Assembly (NCBI RefSeq): GCF_009914755.1 | Contig: NC_060942.1 | From: the human T2T-CHM13v2.0 reference genome, Homo sapiens | Direction: 5' to 3' (one strand) | DNA length: 64,000 nucleotides | Shown here: in pieces, positions 1-12,212 of the stretch | How positions within the stretch are numbered: the stretch's first letter is position 1 | Layout: each line of letters begins with the position of its first letter | Program-made: the position numbers and the translations under genes | The notes under the pieces: model-generated | The model's input: only the letters and a program-made list of their open reading frames with translations | What the model was told of the DNA's origin: nothing | Databases searched by the model: none

Positions 1-14
1 CAACTAGACAGAAG

Positions 15-689
15 CATTCTCAGAAACTAGTTTCTGATGTGTGTCCTCAACTAACACAGTTGAACATTTCTTTAGACAGAACAGTTTTGAAACTCTCTTT
101 TTGTGGAATCTGCAAGTGGCTATTTGGCTAGATTTGAGGATTTCGTTGGAAACGGGATTACATATAAAAAGCAGACAGCAGCATTCTCAGAAAGTTCTTT
201 GTGATGATTGCATTCAAGTCACAGAATTGAACATTCCCTTTCACAGAGCAGGTTTGAAACACTCTTTTTGTAGTGTGTGTAAGTGGACATTTGGAGCACT
301 TTCCGGCCTAAGGTGAGAAAGGAAATATCTTCCCATAAAAACTAGACAGAAGCATTCTCAGAAACTTACTCGTGATGTGTGTCCTCAACTAAAGGAGTAG
401 AACCTTTCTTTCATAGAGAAGTTTTGAAACGCTCTTTTTGTGGAATCTGCAAGTGGATATTTGGCTAGTTTGGAGGATTTCGTTGGAAGCGGGAATTCAT
501 ACAAATTGCAGACTGCAGCGTTCTGAGAAACATCTTTGTGATGTTTGTATTCAGGACACAGAGTTGAACATTCCCTATCATAGAGCAGGTTGGAATCACT
601 CCTTTTGTAGTATCTGGAAGTGGACATTTGGAGCGCTTTCAGGCCTACGTTGGAAAAGGAAATATCTTCCCATAACAACTAGACAGAAG
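15..689 (+). repeat. 4-mer HOR variant (A-B only, 675 bp)
   Basis: Dimer B ends in F-type GGCCTACGTTGG and is followed directly by dimer A at 690. Confidence 0.92.
141..157 (+). promoter_or_regulatory. CENP-B box (first example; one per dimer, roughly 190 positions in the window)
   Basis: TTTCGTTGGAAACGGGA matches YTTCGTTGGAARCGGGA. Dimer variants TTTCGTTGGAAGCGGGA (B, D), TTTCGCTGGA(A/G)GCGGGA (C) and TTTCGTGGGAAACGGGA (E) keep the essential nTTCGnnnnAnnCGGGn bases. Confidence 0.95.
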
Positions 690-982
690 CATTCTCAGAA
701 ACTAGTTTCTGATGTGTGTCCTCAACTAACACAGTTGAACATTTCTTTAGACAGAACAGTTTTGAAACACTCTTTTTGTGGAATCTGCAAGTGGCTATTT
801 GGCTAGATTTGAGGATTTCGTTGGAAACGGGATTACATATAAAAAGCAGACAGCAGCATTCTCAGAAAGTTCTTTGTGATGATTGCATTCAAGTCACAGA
901 ATTGAACATTCCCTTTCACAGAGCAGGTTTGAAACACTCTTTTTGTAGTGTGTGTAAGTGGACATTTGGAGCACTTTCCGGC

Positions 983-999
983 CTAAGGTGAAAAAGGAA
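983..999 (+). promoter_or_regulatory. pJ-alpha/A-box-like motif of the box-less (A-type) monomers (example)
   Basis: CTAAGGTGAAAAAGGAA sits at the position homologous to the CENP-B box in the alternate monomer and is a near match to CTAYGGTGRAAAAGGAA. Confidence 0.6.
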
Positions 1000-2723
1000 A
1001 TATCTTCCCATAAAAACTAGACAGAAGCACTCTCAGAAACTTACTCGTGATGTGTGTCCTCAACTAAAGGAGTAGAACCTTTCTTTTCATAGAGAAGTTT
1101 TGAAACGCTCTTTTTGTGGAATCTGCAAGTGGATATTTGGCTAGTTTGGAGGATTTCGTTGGAAGCGGGAATTCATACAAATTGCAGACTGCAGCGTTCT
1201 GAGAAACATCTTTGTGATGTTTGTATTCAGGACACAGAGTTGAACATTCCCTATCATAGAGCAGGTTTGAATCACTCCTTTTGTAGTATCTGGAAGTGGA
1301 CATTTGGAGCGCTTTCAGGCCTATGTTGGAAAAGGAAATATCTTCCCATAACAACTAGACAGAAGCATTCTCAGAAACTTATTTGAGATGTGTGTACTCA
1401 ACTAAGAGAATTGAACCACCGTTTTGAGGGAGCAGTTTTGAAACACTCTTTTTCTGGAATCTGCAAGTGGATATTTGGCTAGCTTTGGGGATTTCGCTGG
1501 AAGCGGGAATACATATAAAAAGCACACAGCAGCGTTCTGAGAAACTGCTTTCTGATGTTTGCATTCAAGTCAAAAGTTGAACACTCCCTTTCATAGTGCA
1601 GTCTGAAACACTCCTTTTGTAGTATCTGGAACTGGACTTTTGGAGCGCTTTCAGGGCTAAGGTGAAAAAGGAAATATCTTCCCATAAAAACTGGACAGAA
1701 GCATTCTCAGAAACTTGTTTATGCTGTATCTACTCAACTAACAAAGTTGAACCTTTCTTTTGATAGAGCAGTTTTGAAATGCTCTTTTTGTGGAATCTGC
1801 AAGTGGATATTTGGCTAGTTTTGAGGATTTCGTTGGAAGCGGGAATTCATACAAATTGCAGACTGCAGCGTTCTGAGAAACATCTTTGTGATGTTTGTAT
1901 TCAGGACAGAGAGTTGAACATTCCCTATCATAGAGCAGGTTGGAATCACTCCTTTTGTAGTATCTGGAAGTGGACATTTGGAGCGCTTTCAGGCCTATGT
2001 TGAAAAAGGAAATATCTTCCCATAACAACTAGACACAAGCATTCTCAGAAACTTGTTTGTGATGTGTGCCCTCTACTGACAGAGTTGAACCTTTCTTTTC
2101 ATAGAGCAGTTTTGAAACACTCTTTTTGTAGAATCTGCAAGAGGATATTTGCATAGCTTTGAGGATTTCGTGGGAAACGGGATTGTCTTCAGGTAAAATC
2201 TAGACAGAAGCATTCTCAGAAACTTCTTTGGGATGTTTGCATTCAAGTCACAGAGTAGAACATTCCCTTTGGTAGAGCAGGTTTGAAACACTCTTTTTGT
2301 AGTATCTGGAAGTGGACATTTGGAGCGCTTTCAGGCCTATGTTGGAAAGGGAAATATCTTCCCGTAACAACTAGGCAGAAGCATTCTCAGAAACTTATTT
2401 GAGATGTGTGTACTCAACTAAGAGAATTGAACCACCGTTTTGAAGGAGCAGTTTTGAAACACTCTTTTTCTGGAATCTGCAAGAGGATATTTGCCTAGCC
2501 TTGAGGATTTCGTTGGAAACGGGATTGTCTTCAGATCAAATCTAGACAGAAGCATTCTCAGAAACTTCTTTGGGATGTTTGCATTCAAGTCACAGAGTAG
2601 AACATTCCCTTTGGTAGAGCAGGTTTGAAACACTCTTTTTTTAGTATATGGAAGTGGACATTTGGAGCGCTTTCAGGCCTACGTTGGAAAAGGAAATATC
2701 TTCCCATAACAACTAGACAGAAG

Positions 2724-4758
2724 CATTCTCAGAAACTAGTTTCTGATGTGTGTCCTCAACTAACACAGTTGAACATTTCTTTAGACAGAACAGTTTTGAA
2801 ACTCTCTTTTTGTGGAATCTGCAAGTGGCTATTTGGCTAGATTTGAGGATTTCGTTGGAAACGGGATTACATATAAAAAGCAGACAGCAGCATTCTCAGA
2901 AAGTTCTTTGTGATGATTGCATTCAAGTCACAGAATTGAACATTCCCTTTCACAGAGCAGGTTTGAAACACTCTTTTTGTAGTGTGTGTAAGTGGACATT
3001 TGGAGCACTTTCCGGCCTAAGGTGAAAAAGGAAATATCTTCCCATAAAAACTAGACAGAAGCATTCTCAGAAACTTACTCGTGATGTGTGTCCTCAACTA
3101 AAGGAGTAGAACCTTTCTTTTCATAGAGAAGTTTTGAAACGCTCTTTTTGTGGAATCTGCAAGTGGATATTTGGCTAGTTTGGAGGATTTCGTTGGAAGC
3201 GGGAATTCATACAAATTGCAGACTGCAGCGTTCTGAGAAACATCTTTGTGATGTTTGTATTCAGGACACAGAGTTGAACATTCCCTATCATAGAGCAGGT
3301 TGGAATCACTCCTTTTGTAGTATCTGGAAGTGGACATTTGGAGTGCTTTCAGGCCTATGTTGGAAAAGGAAATATCTTCCCATAACAACTAGACAGAAGC
3401 ATTCTCAGAAACTTATTTGAGATGTGTGTACTCAACTAAGAGAATTGAACCACCGTTTTGAAGGAGCAGTTTTGAAACACTCTTTTTCTGGAATCTGCAA
3501 GTGGATATTTGGCTAGCTTTGGGGATTTCGCTGGAGGCGGGAATACATATAAAAAGCACACAGCAGCGTTCTGAGAAACTGCTTTCTGATGTTTGCATTC
3601 AAGTCAAAAGTTGAACACTCCCTTTCATAGAGCAGTCCTGAAACACTCCTTTTGTAGTATCTGGAACTGGACTTTTGGAGCGCTTTCAGGGCTAAGGTGA
3701 AAAAGGAAATATCTTCCCATAAAAACTGGACAGAAGCATTCTCAGAAACTTTTTTATGCTGTATCTACTCAACTAACAAAGTTGAACCTTTCTTTTGATA
3801 GAGCAGTTTTGAAATGCTCTTTTTGTGGAATCTGCAAGTGGATATTTGGCTAGTTTTGAGGATTTCGTTGGAAGCGGGAATTCATACAAATTGCAGACTG
3901 CAGCGTTCTGAGAAACATCTTTGTGATGTTTGTATTCAGGACAGAGAGTTGAACATTCCCTATCATAGAGCAGGTTGGAATCACTCCTTTTGTAGTATCT
4001 GGAAGTGGACATTTGGAGCGCTTTCTGGCCTATGTTGAAAAAGGAAATATCTTCCCATAACAACTAGACACAAGCATTCTCAGAAACTTGTTTGTGATGT
4101 GTGCCCTCTACTGACAGAGTTGAACCTTTCTTTTCATAGAGCAGTTTTGAAACACTCTTTTTGTAGAATCTGCAAGAGGATATTTGCATAGCTTTGAGGA
4201 TTTCGTGGGAAACGGGATTGTCTTCAGGTAAAATCTAGACAGAAGCATTCTCAGAAACTTCTTTGGGATGTTTGCATTCAAGTCACAGAGTAGAACATTC
4301 CCTTTGGTAGAGCAGGTTTGAAACACTCTTTTTGTAGTATCTGGAAGTGGACATTTGGAGCGCTTTCAGGCCTATGTTGGAAAGGGAAATATCTTCCGGT
4401 AACAACTAGGCAGAAGCATTCTCAGAAACTTATTTGAGATGTGTGTACTCAACTAAGAGAATTGAACCACCGTTTTGAAGGAGCAGTTTTGAAACACTCT
4501 TTTTCTGGAATCTGCAAGAGGATATTTGCCTAGCTTTGAGGATTTCGTTGGAAACGGGATTGTGTTCAGATCAAATCTAGACAGAAGCATTCTCAGAAAC
4601 TTCTTTGGGATGTTTGCATTCAAGTCACAGAGTAGAACATTCCCTTTGGTAGAGCAGGTGTGAAACACTCTTTTTTTAGTATATGGAAGTGGACATTTGG
4701 AGCGCTTTCAGGCCTACGTTGGAAAAGGAAATATCTTCCCATAACAACTAGACAGAAG
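2724..4758 (+). repeat. Representative canonical 12-mer HOR (dimers A-B-C-D-E-F, 2,035 bp)
   Basis: Dimer starts: A CTAGTTTCTG, B CTTACTCGTG, C CTTATTTGAG...GCTTTGGGG, D CTT(G/T)TTTATGCTG, E CTTGTTTGTG...CCCTCTAC, F CTTATTTGAG...CAGATCAAATC. Other 12-mers start at 690, 5434, 7469, 10178, 14586, 17642, 22058, 24093, 27488, 29523, 32233, 34268, 36303, 38337, 40371, 43081, 45116, 47826, 49861, 51896, 53930, 55965, 58000, 60034 and 62068 (partial). Confidence 0.95.
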
Positions 4759-5433
4759 CATTCTCAGAAACTAGTTTCTGATGTGTGTCCTCAACTAACA
4801 CAGTTGAACATTTCTTTAGACAGAACAGTTTTGAAACTCTCTTTTTGTGGAATCTGCAAGTGGCTATTTGGCTAGATTTGAGGATTTCGTTGGAAACGGG
4901 ATTACATATAAAAAGCAGACAGCAGCATTCTCAGAAAGTTCTTTGTGATGATTGCATTCAAGTCACAGAATTGAACATTCCCTTTCACAGAGCAGGTTTG
5001 AAACACTCTTTTTGTAGTGTGTGTAAGTGGACATTTGGAGCACTTTCCGGCCTAAGGTGAGAAAGGAAATATCTTCCCATAAAAACTAGACAGAAGCATT
5101 CTCAGAAACTTACTCGTGATGTGTGTCCTCAACTAAAGGAGTAGAACCTTTCTTTCATAGAGAAGTTTTGAAACGCTCTTTTTGTGGAATCTGCAAGTGG
5201 ATATTTGGCTAGTTTGGAGGATTTCGTTGGAAGCGGGAATTCATACAAATTGCAGACTGCAGCGTTCTGAGAAACATCTTTGTGATGTTTGTATTCAGGA
5301 CACAGAGTTGAACATTCCCTATCATAGAGCAGGTTGGAATCACTCCTTTTGTAGTATCTGGAAGTGGACATTTGGAGCGCTTTCAGGCCTACGTTGGAAA
5401 AGGAAATATCTTCCCATAACAACTAGACAGAAG
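4759..5433 (+). repeat. 4-mer HOR variant (A-B, 675 bp)
   Basis: A starts at 4759 and 5434; the 122-aa fusion ORF 5182..5550 spans the junction. Confidence 0.92.
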
Positions 5434-8400
5434 CATTCTCAGAAACTAGTTTCTGATGTGTGTCCTCAACTAACACAGTTGAACATTTCTTTAGACAGAA
5501 CAGTTTTGAAACACTCTTTTTGTGGAATCTGCAAGTGGCTATTTGGCTAGATTTGAGGATTTCGTTGGAAACTGGATTACATATAAAAAGCAGACAGCAG
5601 CATTCTCAGAAAGTTCTTTGTGATGATTGCATTCAAGTCACAGAATTGAACATTCCCTTTCACAGAGCAGGTTTGAAACACTCTTTTTGTAGTGTGTGTA
5701 AGTGGACATTTGGAGCACTTTCCGGCCTAAGGTGAAAAAGGAAATATCTTCCCATAAAAACTAGACAGAAGCACTCTCAGAAACTTACTCGTGATGTGTG
5801 TCCTCAACTAAAGGAGTAGAACCTTTCTTTTCATAGAGAAGTTTTGAAACGCTCTTTTTGTGGAATCTGCAAGTGGATATTTGGCTAGTTTGGAGGATTT
5901 CGTTGGAAGCGGGAATTCATACAAATTGCAGACTGCAGCGTTCTGAGAAACATCTTTGTGATGTTTGTATTCAGGACACAGAGTTGAACATTCCCTATCA
6001 TAGAGCAGGTTGGAATCACTCCTTTTGTAGTATCTGGAAGTGGACATTTGGAGCGCTTTCAGGCCTATGTTGGAAAAGGAAATATCTTCCCATAACAACT
6101 AGACAGAAGCATTCTCAGAAACTTATTTGAGATGTGTGTACTCAACTAAGAGAATTGAACCACCGTTTTGAAGGAGCAGTTTTGAAACACTCTTTTTCTG
6201 GAATCTGCAAGTGGATATTTGGCTAGCTTTGGGGATTTCGCTGGAGGCGGGAATACATATAAAAAGCACACAGCAGCGTTCTGAGAAACTGCTTTCTGAT
6301 GTTTGCATTCAAGTCAAAAGTTGAACACTCCCTTTCATAGAGCAGTCCTGAAACACTCCTTTTGTAGTATCTGGAACTGGACTTTTGGAGCGCTTTCAGG
6401 GCTAAGGTGAAAAAGGAAATATCTTCCCATAAAAACTGGACAGAAGCATTCTCAGAAACTTTTTTATGCTGTATCTACTCAACTAACAAAGTTGAACCTT
6501 TCTTTTGATAGAGCAGTTTTGAAATGCTCTTTTTGTGGAATCTGCAAGTGGATATTTGGCTAGTTTTGAGGATTTCGTTGGAAGCGGGAATTCATACAAA
6601 TTGCAGACTGCAGCGTTCTGAGAAACATCTTTGTGATGTTTGTATTCAGGACAGAGAGTTGAACATTCCCTATCATAGAGCAGGTTGGAATCACTCCTTT
6701 TGTAGTATCTGGAAGTGGACATTTGGAGCGCTTTCTGGCCTATGTTGAAAAAGGAAATATCTTCCCATAACAACTAGACACAAGCATTCTCAGAAACTTG
6801 TTTGTGATGTGTGCCCTCTACTGACAGAGTTGAACCTTTCTTTTCATAGAGCAGTTTTGAAACACTCTTTTTGTAGAATCTGCAAGAGGATATTTGCATA
6901 GCTTTGAGGATTTCGTGGGAAACGGGATTGTCTTCAGGTAAAATCTAGACAGAAGCATTCTCAGAAACTTCTTTGGGATGTTTGCATTCAAGTCACAGAG
7001 TAGAACATTCCCTTTGGTAGAGCAGGTTTGAAACACTCTTTTTGTAGTATCTGGAAGTGGACATTTGGAGCGCTTTCAGGCCTATGTTGGAAAGGGAAAT
7101 ATCTTCCGGTAACAACTAGGCAGAAGCATTCTCAGAAACTTATTTGAGATGTGTGTACTCAACTAAGAGAATTGAACCACCGTTTTGAAGGAGCAGTTTT
7201 GAAACACTCTTTTTCTGGAATCTGCAAGAGGATATTTGCCTAGCTTTGAGGATTTCGTTGGAAACGGGATTGTGTTCAGATCAAATCTAGACAGAAGCAT
7301 TCTCAGAAACTTCTTTGGGATGTTTGCATTCAAGTCACAGAGTAGAACATTCCCTTTGGTAGAGCAGGTGTGAAACACTCTTTTTTTAGTATATGGAAGT
7401 GGACATTTGGAGCGCTTTCAGGCCTACGTTGGAAAAGGAAATATCTTCCCATAACAACTAGACAGAAGCATTCTCAGAAACTAGTTTCTGATGTGTGTCC
7501 TCAACTAACACAGTTGAACATTTCTTTAGACAGAACAGTTTTGAAACTCTCTTTTTGTGGAATCTGCAAGTGGCTATTTGGCTAGATTTGAGGATTTCGT
7601 TGGAAACGGGATTACATATAAAAAGCAGACAGCAGCATTCTCAGAAAGTTCTTTGTGATGATTGCATTCAAGTCACAGAATTGAACATTCCCTTTCACAG
7701 AGCAGGTTTGAAACACTCTTTTTGTAGTGTGTGTAAGTGGACATTTGGAGCACTTTCCGGCCTAAGGTGAGAAAGGAAATATCTTCCCATAAAAACTAGA
7801 CAGAAGCATTCTCAGAAACTTACTCGTGATGTGTGTCCTCAACTAAAGGAGTAGAACCTTTCTTTCATAGAGAAGTTTTGAAACGCTCTTTTTGTGGAAT
7901 CTGCAAGTGGATATTTGGCTAGTTTGGAGGATTTCGTTGGAAGCGGGAATTCATACAAATTGCAGACTGCAGCGTTCTGAGAAACATCTTTGTGATGTTT
8001 GTATTCAGGACACAGAGTTGAACATTCCCTATCATAGAGCAGGTTTGAATCACTCCTTTTGTAGTATCTGGAAGTGGACATTTGGAGCGCTTTCAGGCCT
8101 ATGTTGGAAAAGGAAATATCTTCCCATAACAACTAGACAGAAGCATTCTCAGAAACTTATTTGAGATGTGTGTACTCAACTAAGAGAATTGAACCACCGT
8201 TTTGAAGGAGCAGTTTTGAAACACTCTTTTTCTGGAATCTGCAAGTGGATATTTGGCTAGCTTTGGGGATTTCGCTGGATGCGGGAATACATATAAAAAG
8301 CACACAGCAGCGTTCTGAGAAACTGCTTTCTGATGTTTGCATTCAAGTCAAAAGTTGAACACTCCCTTTCATAGAGCAGTCCTGAAACACTCCTTTTGTA

Positions 8401-9502
8401 GTATCTGGAACTGGACTTTTGGAGCGCTTTCAGGGCTAAGGTGAAAAAGGAAATATCTTCCCATAAAAACTGGACAGAAGCATTCTCAGAAACTTTTTCA
8501 TGCTGTATCTACTCAACTAACAAAGTTGAACCTTTCTTTTGATAGAGCAGTTTTGAAATGCTCTTTTTGTGGAATCTGCAAGTGGATATTTGGCTAGTTT
8601 TGAGGATTTCGTTGGAAGCGGGAATTCATACAAATTGCAGACTGCAGCGTTCTGAGAAACATCTTTGTGATGTTTGTATTCAGGACAGAGAGTTGAACAT
8701 TCCCTATCATAGAGCAGGTTGGAATCACTCCTTTTGTAGTATCTGGAAGTGGACATTTGGAGCGCTTTCTGGCCTATGTTGAAAAAGGAAATATCTTCCC
8801 ATAACAACTAGACACAAGCATTCTCAGAAACTTGTTTGTGATGTGTGCCCTCTACTGACAGAGTTGAACCTTTCTTTTCATAGAGCAGTTTTGAAACACT
8901 CTTTTTGTAGAATCTGCAAGAGGATATTTGCATAGCTTTGAGGATTTCGTGGGAAACGGGATTGTCTTCAGGTAAAATCTAGACAGAAGCATTCTCAGAA
9001 ACTTCTTTGGGATGTTTGCATTCAAGTCACAGAGTAGAACATTCCCTTTGGTAGAGCAGGTTTGAAACACTCTTTTTGTAGTATCTGGAAGTGGACATTT
9101 GGAGCGCTTTCAGGCCTATGTTGGAAAGGGAAATATCTTCCGGTAACAACTAGGCAGAAGCATTCTCAGAAACTTATTTGAGATGTGTGTACTCAACTAA
9201 GAGAATTGAACCACCGTTTTGAAGGAGCAGTTTTGAAACACTCTTTTTCTGGAATCTGCAAGAGGATATTTGCCTAGCTTTGAGGATTTCGTTGGAAACG
9301 GGATTGTGTTCAGATCAAATCTAGACAGAAGCATTCTCAGAAACTTCTTTGGGATGTTTGCATTCAAGTCACAGAGTAGAACATTCCCTTTGGTAGAGCA
9401 GGTGTGAAACACTCTTTTTTTAGTATATGGAAGTGGACATTTGGAGCGCTTTCAGGCCTACGTTGGAAAAGGAAATATCTTCCCATAACAACTAGACAGA
9501 AG

Positions 9503-10177
9503 CATTCTCAGAAACTAGTTTCTGATGTGTGTCCTCAACTAACACAGTTGAACATTTCTTTAGACAGAACAGTTTTGAAACTCTCTTTTTGTGGAATCTG
9601 CAAGTGGCTATTTGGCTAGATTTGAGGATTTCGTTGGAAACGGGATTACATATAAAAAGCAGACACCAGCATTCTCAGAAAGTTCTTTGTGATGATTGCA
9701 TTCAAGTCACAGAATTGAACATTCCCTTTCACAGAGCAGGTTTGAAACACTCTTTTTGTAGTGTGTGTAAGTGGACATTTGGAGCACTTTCCGGCCTAAG
9801 GTGAGAAAGGAAATATCTTCCCATAAAAACTAGACAGAAGCATTCTCAGAAACTTACTCGTGATGTGTGTCCTCAACTAAAGGAGTAGAACCTTTCTTTC
9901 ATAGAGAAGTTTTGAAACGCTCTTTTTGTGGAATCTGCAAGTGGATATTTGGCTAGTTTGGAGGATTTCGTTGGAAGCGGGAATTCATACAAATTGCAGA
10001 CTGCAGCGTTCTGAGAAACATCTTTGTGATGTTTGTATTCAGGACACAGAGTTGAACATTCCCTATCATAGAGCAGGTTGGAATCACTCCTTTTGTAGTA
10101 TCTGGAAGTGGACATTTGGAGCGCTTTCAGGCCTACGTTGGAAAAGGAAATATCTTCCCATAACAACTAGACAGAAG
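9503..10177 (+). repeat. 4-mer HOR variant (A-B, 675 bp)
   Basis: A starts at 9503 and 10178; same junction as the other 4-mers. Confidence 0.92.
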
Positions 10178-12212
10178 CATTCTCAGAAACTAGTTTCTGA
10201 TGTGTGTCCTCAACTAACACAGTTGAACATTTCTTTAGACAGAACAGTTTTGAAACACTCTTTTTGTGGAATCTGCAAGTGGCTATTTGGCTAGATTTGA
10301 GGATTTCGTTGGAAACGGGATTACATATAAAAAGCAGACAGCAGCATTCTCAGAAATTTCTTTGTGATGATTGCATTCAAGTCACAGAATTGAACATTCC
10401 CTTTCACAGAGCAGGTTTGAAACACTCTTTTTGTAGTGTGTGTAAGTGGACATTTGGAGCACTTTCCGGCCTAAGGTGAAAAAGGAAATATCTTCCCATA
10501 AAAACTAGACAGAAGCACTCTCAGAAACTTACTCGTGATGTGTGTCCTCAACTAAAGGAGTAGAACCTTTCTTTTCATAGAGAAGTTTTGAAACGCTCTT
10601 TTTGTGGAATCTGCAAGTGGATATTTGGCTAGTTTGGAGGATTTCGTTGGAAGCGGGAATTCATACAAATTGCAGACTGCAGCGTTCTGAGAAACATCTT
10701 TGTGATGTTTGTATTCAGGACACAGAGTTGAACATTCCCTATCATAGAGCAGGTTTGAATCACTCCTTTTGTAGTATCTGGAAGTGGACATTTGGAGCGC
10801 TTTCAGGCCTATGTTGGAAAAGGAAATATCTTCCCATAACAACTAGACAGAAGCATTCTCAGAAACTTATTTGAGATGTGTGTACTCAACTAAGAGAATT
10901 GAACCACCGTTTTGAAGGAGCAGTTTTGAAACACTCTTTTTCTGGAATCTGCAAGTGGATATTTGGCTAGCTTTGGGGATTTCGCTGGAAGCGGGAATAC
11001 ATATAAAAAGCACACAGCAGCGTTCTGAGAAACTGCTTTCTGATGTTTGCATTCAAGTCAAAAGTTGAACACTCCCTTTCATAGTGCAGTCCTGAAACAC
11101 TCCTTTTGTAGTATCTGGAACTGGACTTTTGGAGCGCTTTCAGGGCTAAGGTGAAAAAGGAAATATCTTCCCATAAAAACTGGACAGAAGCATTCTCAGA
11201 AACTTGTTTATGCTGTATCTACTCAACTAACAAAGTTGAACCTTTCTTTTGATAGAGCAGTTTTGAAATGCTCTTTTTGTGGAATCTGCAAGTGGATATT
11301 TGGCTAGTTTTGAGGATTTCGTTGGAAGCGGGAATTCATACAAATTGCAGACTGCAGCGTTCTGAGAAACATCTTTGTGATGTTTGTATTCAGGACAGAG
11401 AGTTGAACATTCCCTATCATAGAGCAGGTTGGAATCACTCCTTTTGTAGTATCTGGAAGTGGACATTTGGAGCGCTTTCAGGCCTATGTTGAAAAAGGAG
11501 ATATCTTCCCATAACAACTAGACACAAGCATTCTCAGAAACTTGTTTGTGATGTGTGCCCTCTACTGACAGAGTTGAACCTTTCTTTTCATAGAGCAGTT
11601 TTGAAACACTCTTTTTGTAGAATCTGCAAGAGGATATTTGCATAGCTTTGAGGATTTCGTGGGAAACGGGATTGTCTTCAGGTAAAATCTAGACAGAAGC
11701 ATTCTCAGAAACTTCTTTGGGATGTTTGCATTCAAGTCACAGAGTAGAACATTCCCTTTGGTAGAGCAGGTTTGAAACACTCTTTTTGTAGTATCTGGAA
11801 GTGGACATTTGGAGCGCTTTCAGGCCTATGTTGGAAAGGGAAATATCTTCCCGTAACAACTAGGCAGAAGCATTCTCAGAAACTTATTTGAGATGTGTGT
11901 ACTCAACTAAGAGAATTGAACCACCGTTTTGAAGGAGCAGTTTTGAAACACTCTTTTTCTGGAATCTGCAAGAGGATATTTGCCTAGCCTTGAGGATTTC
12001 GTTGGAAACGGGATTGTCTTGAGATCAAATCTAGACAGAAGCATTCTCAGAAACTTCTTTGGGATGTTTGCATTCAAGTCACAGAGTAGAACATTCCCTT
12101 TGGTAGAGCAGGTTTGAAACACTCTTTTTTTAGTATATGGAAGTGGACATTTGGAGCGCTTTCAGGCCTACGTTGGAAAAGGAAATATCTTCCCATAACA
12201 ACTAGACAGAAG

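Noticed and set aside
160-172. TATA-like ACATATAAAAAG next to the CENP-B box in dimers A and C
   Set aside because: It is a fixed part of the monomer sequence. Nothing in the sequence alone supports promoter activity, although low-level alpha-satellite transcription is known.
519-530. Short dyad symmetries (TTCTGAGAA/TTCTCAGAA, AGCGCT, AGGCCT) as cruciform or terminator candidates
   Set aside because: The arms are very short and generic to alpha satellite; nothing is specific to this window.
438-806. Longest ORF (122 aa), present six times
   Set aside because: It is a chance in-frame fusion across the 4-mer B>A junction, not a gene.
2724-4758. Assignment to DXZ1, which also has a ~2.0-kb 12-mer
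   Set aside because: DXZ1 is pentamer-based (SF3) and about 2,057 bp, whereas this unit is strictly dimeric, 2,035 bp, with a box in every second monomer.
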